Shown one piece after another: positions 27,134-39,143 of a DNA stretch of 64,000 bases. The DNA is taken from assembly GCA_003693705.1 (NCBI GenBank), contig RBZT01000743.1, forward strand, positions 54,901-118,900, given 5' to 3'. The position numbers were made by a program, and so were the translations under genes. The notes beneath the pieces are model-generated. The model had not been told where the DNA came from, made no database searches, and saw nothing but the letters and a program-made list of their open reading frames with translations. The DNA comes from Polymyxa betae A26-41. Taxonomy: Eukaryota; Protista; Endomyxa: Phytomyxea. Numbering within the stretch: position 1 is the stretch's first letter; the number at the start of each line of letters is the position of its first letter.

Positions 27134-30100
27134 ATGACATCCGTGTATCTGTTTCTGGCATTTTTTTTAACGAAGATGCAAATAGCAATTACAGCTAGCA
27201 ATGACGATGTTAGTCCTGATTGCAAAGGAATATTAGTAAATGCAGTATGTCCCGTGTTCTGTGTTGTAGATCTGTCAATGTGCTCTGCAACATCTCGTAA
27301 TTGCAGTGTTCCTGGTCTTTATCTCTGCCCTGATGGGCGATGCCGTCCTGGACAGAATTTCGGCGACGCCTGTGTATACGTCTCCAATGTGTGCAGCTGC
27401 CATGAATCCGCCCCTCTAGCTTGTGCCCGAACGATAGTCAGTGTGCCAAAATCCGTTTCCGAAGATAAGGATGCAGTGGATGCATTCTGTCTTCAGCATT
27501 ATAACACCAGCTCACCATTTGGCATTTGCTCTTCGAGTTCAAAACACAACGCGGAAATCAAGCGGGTTTTCGAAGCCATTTATTATACGCTCATCGGCCT
27601 AGGCTCATATGCTTTCTTATTCTGCGGTTGGGTTTTTTGGAGATCAGCTTTAGCAACAGGAAATGAAAACAAATCACAAGCAGGCGGCATTGTTCCGGAA
27701 AATAATACCTCCATCATCTTCAACAAGCGCTCGCGATCCAGCTCTATTATCACTAAGCTACGTCCTCAATATGGGTATCAGGATTCACTGCTGGGCAACG
27801 CGATCTTTCTTGTAGGTGTTGCAGGGACATTCGTCGTACTAGGAATTTGTGTCACTATATGTTCCTATTATTATGTCTTTATTGATCTGGATTCCCGTTT
27901 CATTGAAGAAATCCCTTTCAGAGATCTGAATGTCTCCTTTATTATAATCTGGCATATTCTTTTTGCCTGGTTTTTCTTCCTCAAAGTTGTTGGAGCTCGA
28001 TTAATGAATCTGTTTCGTATTCCAACTGCAATGCGAGATGCTACTACTGTGGATATATGGACTGATATTGACCGTCTCGATATTGTGGAAGGGAATGTGA
28101 TCGTTCGTTTTGTCCATAAGATTCGCACGTCTGTACGTGAACGTGTTGATAACTTTCTTGGACCTGGTCAATATGTTAGTGTACCTGTTCGGGTTACTCC
28201 AGCTGGCAGACGATATATTGAATTCAATTCCGAAAGGCTGACGCTGAACAATATATCTGGGCGTTGGGAACCCGTAATTTTGGACACTAACGAGATTCAT
28301 ATTTCATACGCCGAGCTATGTGAGAACGGAATGAATGGTCTGTCATCGGATGTTGCAGCTGAGAGATTGGATATTGAGGTAGTTACTTATACCGTCAGTT
28401 TTACACTGGTTTGATTCTCAGCTCTTCAGGGACCAAATTCTATTTCCATCCAAGCCAAAAGTGATTACCAAATTGTTTTCTCGGAATTCTCTCGATATCC
28501 TTATTTGTATCAATGTAGCTGTTTGGCCGTTAATTGCTACATGTCCTATTGGATAATTGCCCTAATTCACTTCTCCATTATAATAATCACTGGAGTTATC
28601 CGAGTTGTTATGGAACGGAATACACTGAGAAGAATCCAGAAAAGTCTGAGAAGATGGAAGACTACCAAGCTGAATGTCATTCGTGATGGTCGATTATTTC
28701 CTGTGAACGCCGATGAAATTGTCATTGGTGATATCGTCTCACTCGATGATGTGAAGTGTGTCCCATTCGATGGCGTCATTGTTTCCGGTACCGTCGTTGC
28801 TGATGAATCGTCCTTATCTGGAGACCCAACTACCAAAACTAAACGCTGTTTTGCTTCTTCAACAAGCTCTAATACAATATATCAAAAGGCTACCAGTGGT
28901 TCAGTACATACCATATTTGCAGGTAACAATTACTGTATGGATCTTGTCAGACTCTCTTATCCTGGTAGGCTCCACTATTCTTTTTCAGGAGAGGGATTCC
29001 GGGCGGTCGCAATGCCTTGCTGTTGTCGTAGATAAAGGTGCGAATACAGTTCAAGGCAAGCACATCAAGGCATCACTGTATCCAAAGCAAATCGCTCAGA
29101 CTTTTGAGTATGAACTGGAAGGTTAGCACCAGCGTCTGAAACGTTATAGCAAGCAACATTCTCAATTTGTTACAGTTGCGTATTGTATTTTGGTAGCCTG
29201 GTCAGCATTGGCGTTCTTTGTCACTTTAACTTCAGTCGTTATCATCAAAGCGACGCTAGATGCTTGTATGTGCTTGTACTTGATATATCATCAATGGTAA
29301 TTCTTATGGCAGGGTTCTATGGCGTTCTCACTCTCGCCAATGTCATCATACCTTTGCTTCCTACTTTTCTAAACTTTGGGCAAATCCTGTCAAGCAGAAC
29401 CCTTAGAGGAAATGGCGTTCTCGCTAATTTGCCGCAAAGGATATTGACTGCAGGAAAAGTCAAAGTATTCGCCTTTGATAAGACAGGTATTGATGAATTT
29501 CCACTTTTATTGAGTGTAATCTCGACAAAAGGTACATTAACTAACTCAACGTTTCTATTCGCTGGCGTTGTTCCTGTAATCAACGGTCTGTTCGTATCTA
29601 CCGACAGTAGAACTGGAGGTCTTCAGATCGAGGCACTCACCCAAACCATGGCCTGTGCTCATAGCCTTTCACTTCTTGACTCTGGCGAAATATCAGGGCC
29701 GGATATTGATTTAGAAATGTTTCGAAGTACTGGGTGGACTCTGGCTAAATCTGTCAATTCTTTGACCATCAAAAGTCTCGGCGAGGATAAAATATTTGAT
29801 GTCCTTCATCAAATTGGCCCCAATGAACATCGAAATCATATGTGTTCTGTTACGCGAAATCGCCAAACCGGAATCGTTTATGTCTTCCTGAAAGGCTCTC
29901 CTGAATCAATCTTATCTGTTGCATCTCGGCAATCTGTACCTTCGAATTACAAGCAAACCTGTATGCAGCATGCTCAAAGAGGATCTTATACACTCGTAAA
30001 CGTTCACTGATTAATTTTCCCTCGGTTTCTGAGTTTTCAAAGGCGCTAGCGTATCGGGTTCTTGGCCAAATGTCTGACGCGGAAATTCGAAACATGAAGT

Positions 30101-31835
30101 TTCAAGGTATTCGTGAATGTTGTAGAATGTTCATTTCATAAGTATGTCCAACATTCATTTGCAGACTTGGAAGCCGACTGCATCGTGGCGGGTGTTCTTC
30201 TGTTTCAGAATGATTTGCGCCCTGAAGCAGTTAGTGTGATGAAATCTTTGAGAGAGGCTGATGTTCGGCCCATTATCCTTACTGGAGATAATCTATTTAC
30301 AGCATGTCATGTTGCCGAACAGGTGCTTGTAGTGCTCTATCTGACTAAGTTCTTGTTGATCGTTTATAGCTGGGCTTAATGCAAGAAGATGATACAGTCA
30401 TATTTGCAGACTTGAATGATGCTGGCTATGTATCTTGGACAGATCTCAGGACTTCGCGAAATGTTTCTTCCTCTCACGTTCTTCGATGCATTGAGGGGAA
30501 CTCAAGGTATGCTTATTTCTCCAAATTTGCTGGCTTGACTTTTACTTCTAATCAGGCCAAAATGCGAATTAGCTGCATCGGGACCTGCATTTCGCATTCT
30601 GGCAGCTACAGGCGCTTTAGATCGATTTCTATTTCACTTTAGGGTATTTGCTAGGCTAAGCGCATTCGACAAGAAGAATATTATCCATTCACTGCAGAAG
30701 AAAGTTGTCGTAGGCATGTGCGGAGACGGAGCAAACGGTAGATTAAATGACATTTCCTTACGAAGATTTTATGTTGATCTCGTGTGCAGATTGCGAGGCG
30801 CTGCAAGTATAGGCTAATGACATGCTTCCAGAGATCTTACTGATCTTATGTTCAGATTGCTCATGTCGGTCTAAGTTTATGTGATGGAGAAAACCGGATT
30901 CCTTCCATATTCGAAACCATTGCACCCACAATTTCGTCCTCCGTTGATTTGATATCGATTGGAAGATCCGCTCTACTGACGAATCAGAAACTGTACAGAT
31001 TTTCGATGATTTATGGAGAGACTTTGCTCTGGGCTGGATTCATTGGCTATGCCTTAAACGCTGTAATACCTATTGTTGTGTGGGCATTTACCGATGGCCC
31101 TGTTCTATTGAGTATCGCAACTGTGATTGTTTTATCTCACCAGAATGGGGTAATCACTGAAAGGCGTCCTACAGCCAGATTGTTAGGACCAACAACCATG
31201 ATTCTTGTTATCGGAACAATCCTTATAAATATTGTCTGGCTCGTTTCAGCGATCGTGCTCTTGTATCAGCTAGACTTTTTACAGTGCGGTCAGTTCGATG
31301 GTCATGGGGTCGCGACAATTCAATGGTACAGCGTTTCTCTTTGAAAAATATCAAATTATCTAATGTCGTCGTGTCTAGGTGGAAAATCCAAGACAACGCA
31401 GAAACAGCCGTTATATCGACTGTCGTGATGTTCCAATGTATATTTAGCGGTGTTGTAATGATGATTAATTTTAATCAGAAGAACCGTTTCTACCTCAGTC
31501 GGGCTGGCATTGTGATTATTGCGTGCCTGCTTTCATTTTTGGTCGTCATGATCTTGTCAGAGCCCAATCGTCTCAGCTGCATGATGAGAATCAACTGTGG
31601 AACTCAGGATGTTATGTCTGATCAATACCAACCGGATTCTCAAGATTGGAATCGATTTTATTCACAGACTCGCTTAAACGTTCTTCCGTTCGCATTTCGC
31701 ATACAACTGATTGGATTCTGTATGACCAACGGAATCTGTATAGTCGCTTTTCATATTTTTACCAAGATAGGTCCAATTAGAAGAGCTATCAAAAAAAAAT
31801 ATCGGTCCGGAAACCAATTTCAAATGTGGTTGTGA
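27134..31835 (+). CDS. P5-type cation-transporting P-type ATPase with signal peptide and Cys-rich N-terminal extension
   Basis: FAFDKTG|TLT (intron 29487-29531), MACAHSL, LKGSPE, FQNDLRPE, LTGDNLFTA, MCGDGAND; multi-TM C-terminus. Confidence 0.9.
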
Positions 31836-32073
31836 AGTCATTTTCGGTTTTTCATGAGGCGCCAAATTCAATTTACTTCTTCTAGCTTATATATCGATTG
31901 CAATGAAGGCGTGACCCAGTGATGTCATATCTACTCTGGCGAATCAATGCATAAGCTACCGTAGTTTATACGTGATTTAGATAATATAGTTCAATCTTGA
32001 CATATTGATTACAAACATTTGTTTAGATGCAAAAATGGAAACTGGGGCTAAAATCAATAATTGACAGAGTAAT

Positions 32074-33916
32074 TCATAGTTGGCCACTTGCTGCAATCAA
32101 ACCTGGGATTGCTGGTGGTACCAAAGTAGGTGGAGGTGAAGTTCTACCAAATAAGATAGCGGAGGGAGGTGCTAGCTGACCAAGCCCTAGTGATCGCTGG
32201 ATTGAACTGGACGGCGCAGCTGATGGTTTTCGGGATGGCGGTGTTGAAATCGAACTTTGAGTCACCGGAACTTCAGCTGAAAGGGTTGAATACGTGCGGG
32301 AGGTCGCCATCGAGGATGACGACATCGTGCTAGGAGGGGCGACAATGGATGGTTGGGAATCACGTATAGGCAATGCAATAGCACTGACGGCTCTACTCGT
32401 TGAAGGCGTCTGGGTTACAATTGGAACAGGATGTTGTGAACCGATATCATGACCTGGCCTCTGCGCTGAGGAATGAGGATGAGGATGGTCTTGAGACGCG
32501 GGTGGTTTCGGGGTCGAAAAAGGTGATGGTGGCGGATTCACGGACGGTTGAGGTGCTGGTGAGGGGAGGGTGCATTGTGGACAGGATGAACTCGAAGGCG
32601 CCTTTTGCACGGTGCGTTCGGATGAGAGAGGATGCGGAATTGCTGGAGGAGAAACGTCGACAGCCAGATGATTAGGACGAACAGCAGATGGAAATGGAGA
32701 TGGCGTCTTCAATGATGAGACACAAGAAAGGCAAGAAGGCTGGGATGACGGATTCTTATCAGCTGAAGGAGGAGGCGCAACGGCAGCAGTCGAAGGTGCA
32801 ACGGTGGAAGGCGGAGACGATGGTCTCGGAGGCGGTACAGTAGGAGATTTCAGAGTAGACGGAGGGACGGCGGTGGCTGGAGAAGAGGTGATGGAAGCCG
32901 GTTGAACTGTTGCTTTAGATGTTGGTGGATGAAAAGCGATTGTTGGTGGAGGTGGCAATGATCTTCCTAAACAAACGTTGAGATGGGATATCCAAATTTT
33001 TCATTTAGCACCTTGATAGCAGTTTGAGCACTTACCTACTCCATTGTAACACCGCATGCCTGATTCTGAGCAGTCTGGACCACCCTGGCAGTTGGAGCAG
33101 AAGCTACTTGTAGACGACATTTCTGAAAACGATTGAGAGACCGGAGTCTCCGGAAGAGGAGGTGGAGACGCAGGCACTGGAATGTCAGGGCGTAGTGATT
33201 CTGATTCGGAATCAGTTGCAGTAGATGGTTGCACGGTCTTTTCGCAGGAGCACGACGATGAGCTCGTAAACAGAACAGAATCTGCAATACATATTAGTCG
33301 TTTACTGACACAAACGACAACCAGACAAACCTGAAGAGCCTGAAATTCCACAATTTGCACATTCTGATGATGGCGGAGGTGACGAGACGGAATCTTCATC
33401 GTTACCGGACGCCAAATCAGATCTCGTAATAAGCCCACCTGAAAGTAGTCCAGAATCATAACCATACGAGTTCAAACCCGCAGATGTGGATGTCCACAAT
33501 CCTGACTCATCATCATCATCAAAATCCAAAAGTCCACGTCGTCGACGATGTGGGTAAGTGAAGCCTGTAGACGTGTCATCGAAAGGAAAATCTGGTGAGT
33601 CGATGGAGAGCCGCGGAATCATTCTCCAGGTAAAATCTGGCAAGTCCGATATTGATAACGAAGGACTCTCATGTCCACGCTGCTGATTGAATTGATCTGG
33701 AGAGCTCGGGGGCGAGATTACATCACCTGTTTTCTCTTCGTTAAATAGGTTCGGTTGGAACGCATTACCCAGCTGGGTCGATTTAGGATGCGATATCGAT
33801 CCTGTAAGCGCTGTAACAATCAGAATCAGTTAATCAACCCGAATGACAATAATTCTCTCACGCTTCGATGTATCAAGAATCACAAGGACAAGAAAGGCCA
33901 CAAGAACCCTGGTCAT
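32074..33916 (-). CDS. Predicted secreted Pro/Ser-rich protein with scattered CxxC motifs, multi-exon
   Basis: Signal peptide-like MTRVLVAFLVLVILDTS; exons join ORFs 33302-33643, 33001-33465 and 32074-32958; CANC, CSNC x2, CLSC, CPQC. Confidence 0.65.
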
Positions 33917-34101
33917 GCTAACCCACAATTGTGAAACAATGTTATATCCAACTGTACGCCTCGCTGCCTTCCATAAGTTGATCGGAATTGACGGATCGAC
34001 CAAATTCTCGGAATCGGAGAGCGCTTTTGGCTTCGAAACTCGGAGAAGCCAACCGGAGAACGTACGACCGGAATAGACACCCGCTCGAACCATATGATTT
34101 C

Positions 34102-34758
34102 ATGAGCTTTCTATCGATTGCGGTCGTAAGCTTCCTGATTGTAAGCGTCGTCGTCCATGTCGAAAGTGGGACGGCGGCTGCTGTAGCAGGCGGGAAGCAT
34201 TATGCAGTGCGTGATCATGATATGGCTCAGAAAGCGGTCGCCGCGCACCGCCATGCTAATGCAAATCGTCAAGCTAATGCAAACCGCTATGATAACGCTG
34301 CTAACAATGCTCGTGAGCAGAAAGCAAACGCAGATAGGGAACAGAGCCTTGCGGAAAAAAAGAAAGCTGTCGCCGATAAAGAGAATCGCCAACATGATTT
34401 GACTAAAGATATTCTAGCGAGCGAAGATGCAGGACTATATCGGAAGAAGCGTTTATCAGTCTTCAAAAAAGATGTTCTAGACGAGAAGCGAGCATGGCGG
34501 AAAGCGAGATTAATCGGAAACGAGCGCGAACGAGATGGCCAGAACCGGGACTACGCCGACGCCAATGAGGAGAAGAACACTTATAACAAGAATGCCAGAT
34601 CAGCAGCAGCGAAGACGTCGAATACTGACTCGCAAGGAAGTGCCGATGCTAATGCCGGCGCGAACTTGGCAGCAGGCACCAAGGGTGCGGTGTCCCATGG
34701 CTCTTCTGACTACAATCGAGGAAGCGATGCCAACTATGTCTCATCGTATGATGTGTGA
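34102..34758 (+). CDS. Predicted secreted Ala/Asn/Lys-rich hydrophilic protein
   Basis: MSFLSIAVVSFLIVSVVVHVES signal peptide; low-complexity ANANRQANANR; intronless. Confidence 0.7.
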   Translation: MSFLSIAVVSFLIVSVVVHVESGTAAAVAGGKHYAVRDHDMAQKAVAAHRHANANRQANANRYDNAANNAREQKANADREQSLAEKKKAVADKENRQHDLTKDILASEDAGLYRKKRLSVFKKDVLDEKRAWRKARLIGNERERDGQNRDYADANEEKNTYNKNARSAAAKTSNTDSQGSADANAGANLAAGTKGAVSHGSSDYNRGSDANYVSSYDV

Positions 34759-34803
34759 GAATATAATTCATACTTTGTCTCTTCAACAAATTCACTACAG
34801 TGG

Positions 34804-34856
34804 ACAATGTGGAACGGCCTCCTTATTAGTACAATATGAAGCGGCCTCCTTATTAG
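34804..34856. repeat. 27-bp tandem duplication between convergent genes
   Basis: acaatgtggaacggcctccttattag / acaatatgaagcggcctccttattag. Confidence 0.7.
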
Positions 34857-34998
34857 GTCTTGCAGAACCGAGCCAAACCCACTCACTGTATGTAAGCAGT
34901 AGGCTTGAAAATATCTTAGATAGTTGTGGCGGGTTAAACTTGTCATGCTAGATTCTTCTAGCAAGAACGAATGACGGCGAATGGACATGTTTCGATGA

Positions 34999-35827
34999 TT
35001 ATGGAGCTGGGATGAACCCTAACTGGCGGCGAAATTCGTTTAGATCTTGGTGGAAATTCTGCTCGAAATCGACGGCGAGAAGGAATTTTGTGCTCTGATT
35101 GCATGCAATGCTCCATGGGATATACGTCGACGCCAGTGTTAGGCGGTCGCTCATCGACAACCGCAATGGTCCTGCTACCGAGGCGAAGGCGCACATCGGG
35201 AAGCCATAATGTAATAGTTCAAACCACTACAGATATTGTCAATAAGCGAATTGTCGGGAGCGATTGTTCTGGCCTTCTGTGCAAGTTCTCCAAGAACTGT
35301 AGGCGGCAAGCCGCTGAGACAATGCACAAAATCGTGTGTTTGCCGATATCTTTGGACAATATAAGCGTGGTCAGGATCGGTGATAAATCGAACCGGTGTC
35401 CTTCCTTCAGGTTCATATCCATGTGACGACATGAATTTGTAATATGCATAGCCAAATGTACTTGTTGGCATCGCTTGAAGCATTTCAAAATTGATCGTCG
35501 ATGAATTGATCTCCGGCTTTTCCTGTTTGATGTGATTAGAATTGAAAACGAACTTTGATACAAGCACCTGTTATGAATAGATAAAACATTTCGAATGAAT
35601 CATACCTTGAGAATCAGTTTTCCAGATTCGGATTTCAGCATTTTATTTTTCAACGAATCCAGAATAAAGGTCGGCGTTGTAGTTTCGGTTATATTGGCGA
35701 TCAAGTCGCCGCGATGCGTATTCAGGATGCCAAACACAGCCGACGTACCAGCTAGGAACAACTTCTGGCTAGTCGTGAGTTGGATGGGAGCAGCCGAGAC
35801 CGACGAAAGCATCCGCCGCAGCTTCAT
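34999..35827 (-). CDS. COQ4: Ubiquinone biosynthesis protein COQ4
   Basis: RGDLIA, TFGYAY, YRQTHDFVHCL (HDxxH), GELAQK|WFE, PMCAFASVAGPLRL. Confidence 0.95.
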
Positions 35828-36295
35828 GACGCTATCAATGTGGACCAAACATCATAATCTGTCTGTCAAATTCCGATAGCAGAAATCGCACGCTTTCTCA
35901 ATCTCAATAATTAATGCAATTCTGCATTTTGCTAGATCTTATACAAGAAACTAACATTGGAATTTTCTATTTCAATAAGCAACATTCTTAGTGGAGATTG
36001 AAATCAAGAAATCTTCAAGACTACGAAGGTTTTAGGTTTCGGTTGAGACAGAGGCTTGATAGGTTTCGATATAAAAAGCACGACTAGCTTTTATAGATCA
36101 TAACCGATTGGCGTTATTCTTAATGAATCAGGTTGATTAATCCTCCAACATACCAAAAATTAAAAGAGCGGGGAAATACACAAGTTGACTATGACATGGA
36201 CCTGATCGCTTCTTTGGGTTCTGTTAAGTACAATACTAATTAGACAATATTCACAAGAACACTCAAGGCCGAACTTCTGGAACGATCGTTCAGAG

Positions 36296-36460
36296 TCGAG
36301 TTTGTGAAAATGCGGGACGTTCAAAATCGAGTTTGTGAAATGTGGGACGTTTAAAATTGGATTTGTGAAATGTGGGACGTTCAAAATCAAGTGTGTGACA
36401 TGTGGGACGTTCGAAATCGAATGTGTGAAAATGTGGACCATTCAGAGACGAAACGTCCCA
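36296..36460. repeat. Minisatellite, ~30-bp unit x5, followed by an inverted core copy
   Basis: Consensus TCGAGTTTGTGAAATGTGGGACGTTCAAAA at 36296, 36327, 36357, 36387, 36417; aacgtccca near 36452 is the reverse complement of tgggacgtt. Confidence 0.9.
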
Positions 36461-36792
36461 GACGCCACGCTACAGAGACTGGCTGGGGGCGGCGACTCTG
36501 TGACGTCACCTGATTACAGTGAGACAAGTGACCAGCAGCGTGACGATGCACAACTGTACTGAGCAGGCCTGTTGCCGCGGCGCAGCCAACTGCAGTGCTG
36601 CACTTAATCGAGGGGTGTAGCCAGAGGCCGCAGCCACGTTTGACACATGCCGTGCGTACCCATCTGGCCGTCTAGCCCCATGTGCCATGCACGTTCCCGG
36701 GCCTCCCGTACCACAACAGTTACCTTTCACTCGTGATGTACGTCCGGTAACGGTAGCCCAGTGCCCACTCCGTTACTGATTCGCCTTAGTTG

Positions 36793-37863
36793 ATGGTCGT
36801 GCAACATCAGACGGCGCCGACCGACCCGGTGCCACGCTACGAACCTGAGGCGCGAGCGGCGGCCGACACCGAAGTCCTCATTCGACAGATCGGAAAGTCT
36901 GTTAGCCCAGGCGAAGTTTGCGCTCTGCAGACACTCGGAGCATTGTCCGCACGCGAGTCGTCCGCCTCGCGCGAGATGGAGCAAAACGCCGGTGCTGCTT
37001 TCAGCCCGGTCAGACGTCGGCCATCGCCGGACGGCCCCCGTCCGAGTGTCGTGGAAGGCGCCCGGGTGGTACCGCCGCCGGTACCGGCCGAGGGCCCTTG
37101 CCCCAAGGACGATTATGAAGAGCCAATCCCATTTGCTGCCAATGGACCACCATCGGTTGAGATTCAGCAATGCTATGCAGGAAGTCCGGTCTGTCAGCCG
37201 ACCCAGAACGGCAGGCTATTTGTATGCAAGATGTGCCTGAAAATGTGGCGGACAGCCTCGGCATTGAGAATGCATCAGCAAGAGGCACATGGTAGTGAAC
37301 TACCCTATCAATGTCATGTCTGTAATAAGAGATTCTTCTGGAGTGGCTCTCTATCACGTCATTTAAGGATTCACAGTGGATCTAAACCTTACGGTTGTTC
37401 CACATGTGGGAAATGCTTCACTCGTAAGAATCCCCTTGAAAATCCTCTGAATCGCTGTTCTCAACTGTTCGTAGAAAGTGGCACGCTGCAACGACACACG
37501 AGAACACATACAGGAGAGAAACCCTACGAATGCCAATTATGCTGGCGGAAATTCAGCACAAATTCGAATCTATCACAGCACATGAAAACTCACAGGAAAA
37601 ATGGTGACTTCGTCCAGCGCTCACAAATGTCAGAAAACTATCCAGGCAATAATCTGCCTGCCAGGACTCAAGCCATTCCATATACACCGAAACCGATTCA
37701 GTCTGTGATGGCGATCTCTCCAGTTCCAATCCAGAACGCTATAGCTGAACAGCCTGGCGTCAGGTATTCGACCACACCTATATATAAAAGCTTCCACAAT
37801 CCTGTAAAGATTCACAGTTCTGTCAAGAACCGTGCGCCTGTAAAAACCTTCATAATATTATAA
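36793..37863 (+). CDS. C2H2 zinc-finger transcription factor (4 fingers)
   Basis: CKMC..H..H, CHVC..HLRIH, CSTC..HTRTH (after removing in-frame intron 37424-37474), CQLC..HMKTH; SGSKPY and TGEKPY linkers. Confidence 0.9.
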   Translation: MVVQHQTAPTDPVPRYEPEARAAADTEVLIRQIGKSVSPGEVCALQTLGALSARESSASREMEQNAGAAFSPVRRRPSPDGPRPSVVEGARVVPPPVPAEGPCPKDDYEEPIPFAANGPPSVEIQQCYAGSPVCQPTQNGRLFVCKMCLKMWRTASALRMHQQEAHGSELPYQCHVCNKRFFWSGSLSRHLRIHSGSKPYGCSTCGKCFTRKNPLENPLNRCSQLFVESGTLQRHTRTHTGEKPYECQLCWRKFSTNSNLSQHMKTHRKNGDFVQRSQMSENYPGNNLPARTQAIPYTPKPIQSVMAISPVPIQNAIAEQPGVRYSTTPIYKSFHNPVKIHSSVKNRAPVKTFIIL

Positions 37864-37935
37864 ATTTAAATATTTTATTATTCGCTTTCAATTCGGGTTT
37901 CGTTTGCCGAGAGAAAGGCGTTCGGCATGATAGAT

Positions 37936-38757
37936 TCAAACCGAAGCTGCTGTCTCCTTTTGAGTGGCATCATAGTCCCAGTCAATATGCGCTAATGCTG
38001 CTCGTCCAGCATCATTGACAGCAGCTGCATTGGCGCCATGTTTTAGTAACAACTTCAGAGTAGCTGCACAGCTGCATTCAGTTAGCAACCCCAAACGACA
38101 ATGTTACGATGTGATCGAGCTCACCTGGATGATTCGGTACAATCGCGCTGGATCCGATGCAGAGGACCGTCACCATGGTTATCAACCAGATTCGGATCAG
38201 CCCCATGACGTAGCAATGCTTCCACAGAATTCGGACGATCCCAATCTACGGCCCAATGTAAAGCCTGGAGAAGGGTCTCAGCTACAACGATCGAACGAAT
38301 AACAGCAATACCGATTCTCTATTATGATTAATAGAATTAGGGTTTACACCAGCGTTCAGTAGGATCTCAATAATATCACTTCCGTGCTCAGGCGAATAAA
38401 CAGCCCAGTGCAGCGCGGTCGTGCCGGCCCTGTTCGTAATGGCCGGGTCGGTGCGACGATCGATTAGATACCGACAAACGTCGACCTGTCCGGCTTTAGC
38501 AGCCCACTACGAAACAGATTAAGAATATTGCAGAGAACGTCTGGAAGGTTTACGTGAAGAAGAGTGTTGCCATGATCGTCACGAACATCATCCAATGTGG
38601 TCTCAACAGATCGCCGGTCAAGCTCAGCGAGGCGCCCATGAACAGCGGCTTTAATCAATGGATTCGGTGGCGATGGGGCTGGCATCAATAATGCCACGAC
38701 TACGACGATTAAAGGCAGGGCCGCCAGAGCTCCACCCCATGCCGAAGATGTTATCAT
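37936..38757 (-). CDS. Ankyrin-repeat protein with N-terminal signal/anchor, multi-exon
   Basis: GNTLLH-WAAKAG, GTTALHWA, ES-ALHWAVDW..LLRHGADPN, GDGPLH, LLLKHGAN. Confidence 0.85.
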
Positions 38758-39143
38758 ACAGAATCGTTGATTAAATTAACAACTCCGCTAAGCTCATTTA
38801 ACTACGAGACCACACTCGTTTACCTTTAACAGCTTTCTGAACTCAATATTTCGAGCGACACAAAAAGTTTCTGATCTGAAAGCAAAGCCGCCTGAATACC
38901 TCTCAGAAATGTATTCACCCAAACAGGCGGTTTTCGTTCATCATCGGGCTGTGTCTGAGAAATTACCACAGAAAAGTCCCCAGATGAATGAATCTATTTT
39001 ATGAACTGATACAGTACCATAATAATTTGTATTTTGTTGAAAGAAAAGGCCCATCTATCAGGTCGGTACCCAATATTGGTTCATTTCGAGTGAGGTGGTT
39101 GCTCGGGTACGGACGTCGCCTCTGTGGCTGCCCTGATCTGCTG

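Noticed and set aside
36296-36460. 30-bp array as a CRISPR array
   Set aside because: Contiguous tandem units with no unique spacers, no cas genes, eukaryotic context
38337-38345. ATTAGGGTTT telomere-like motif
   Set aside because: It is coding sequence of the ankyrin gene (V-N-P-N on the minus strand)
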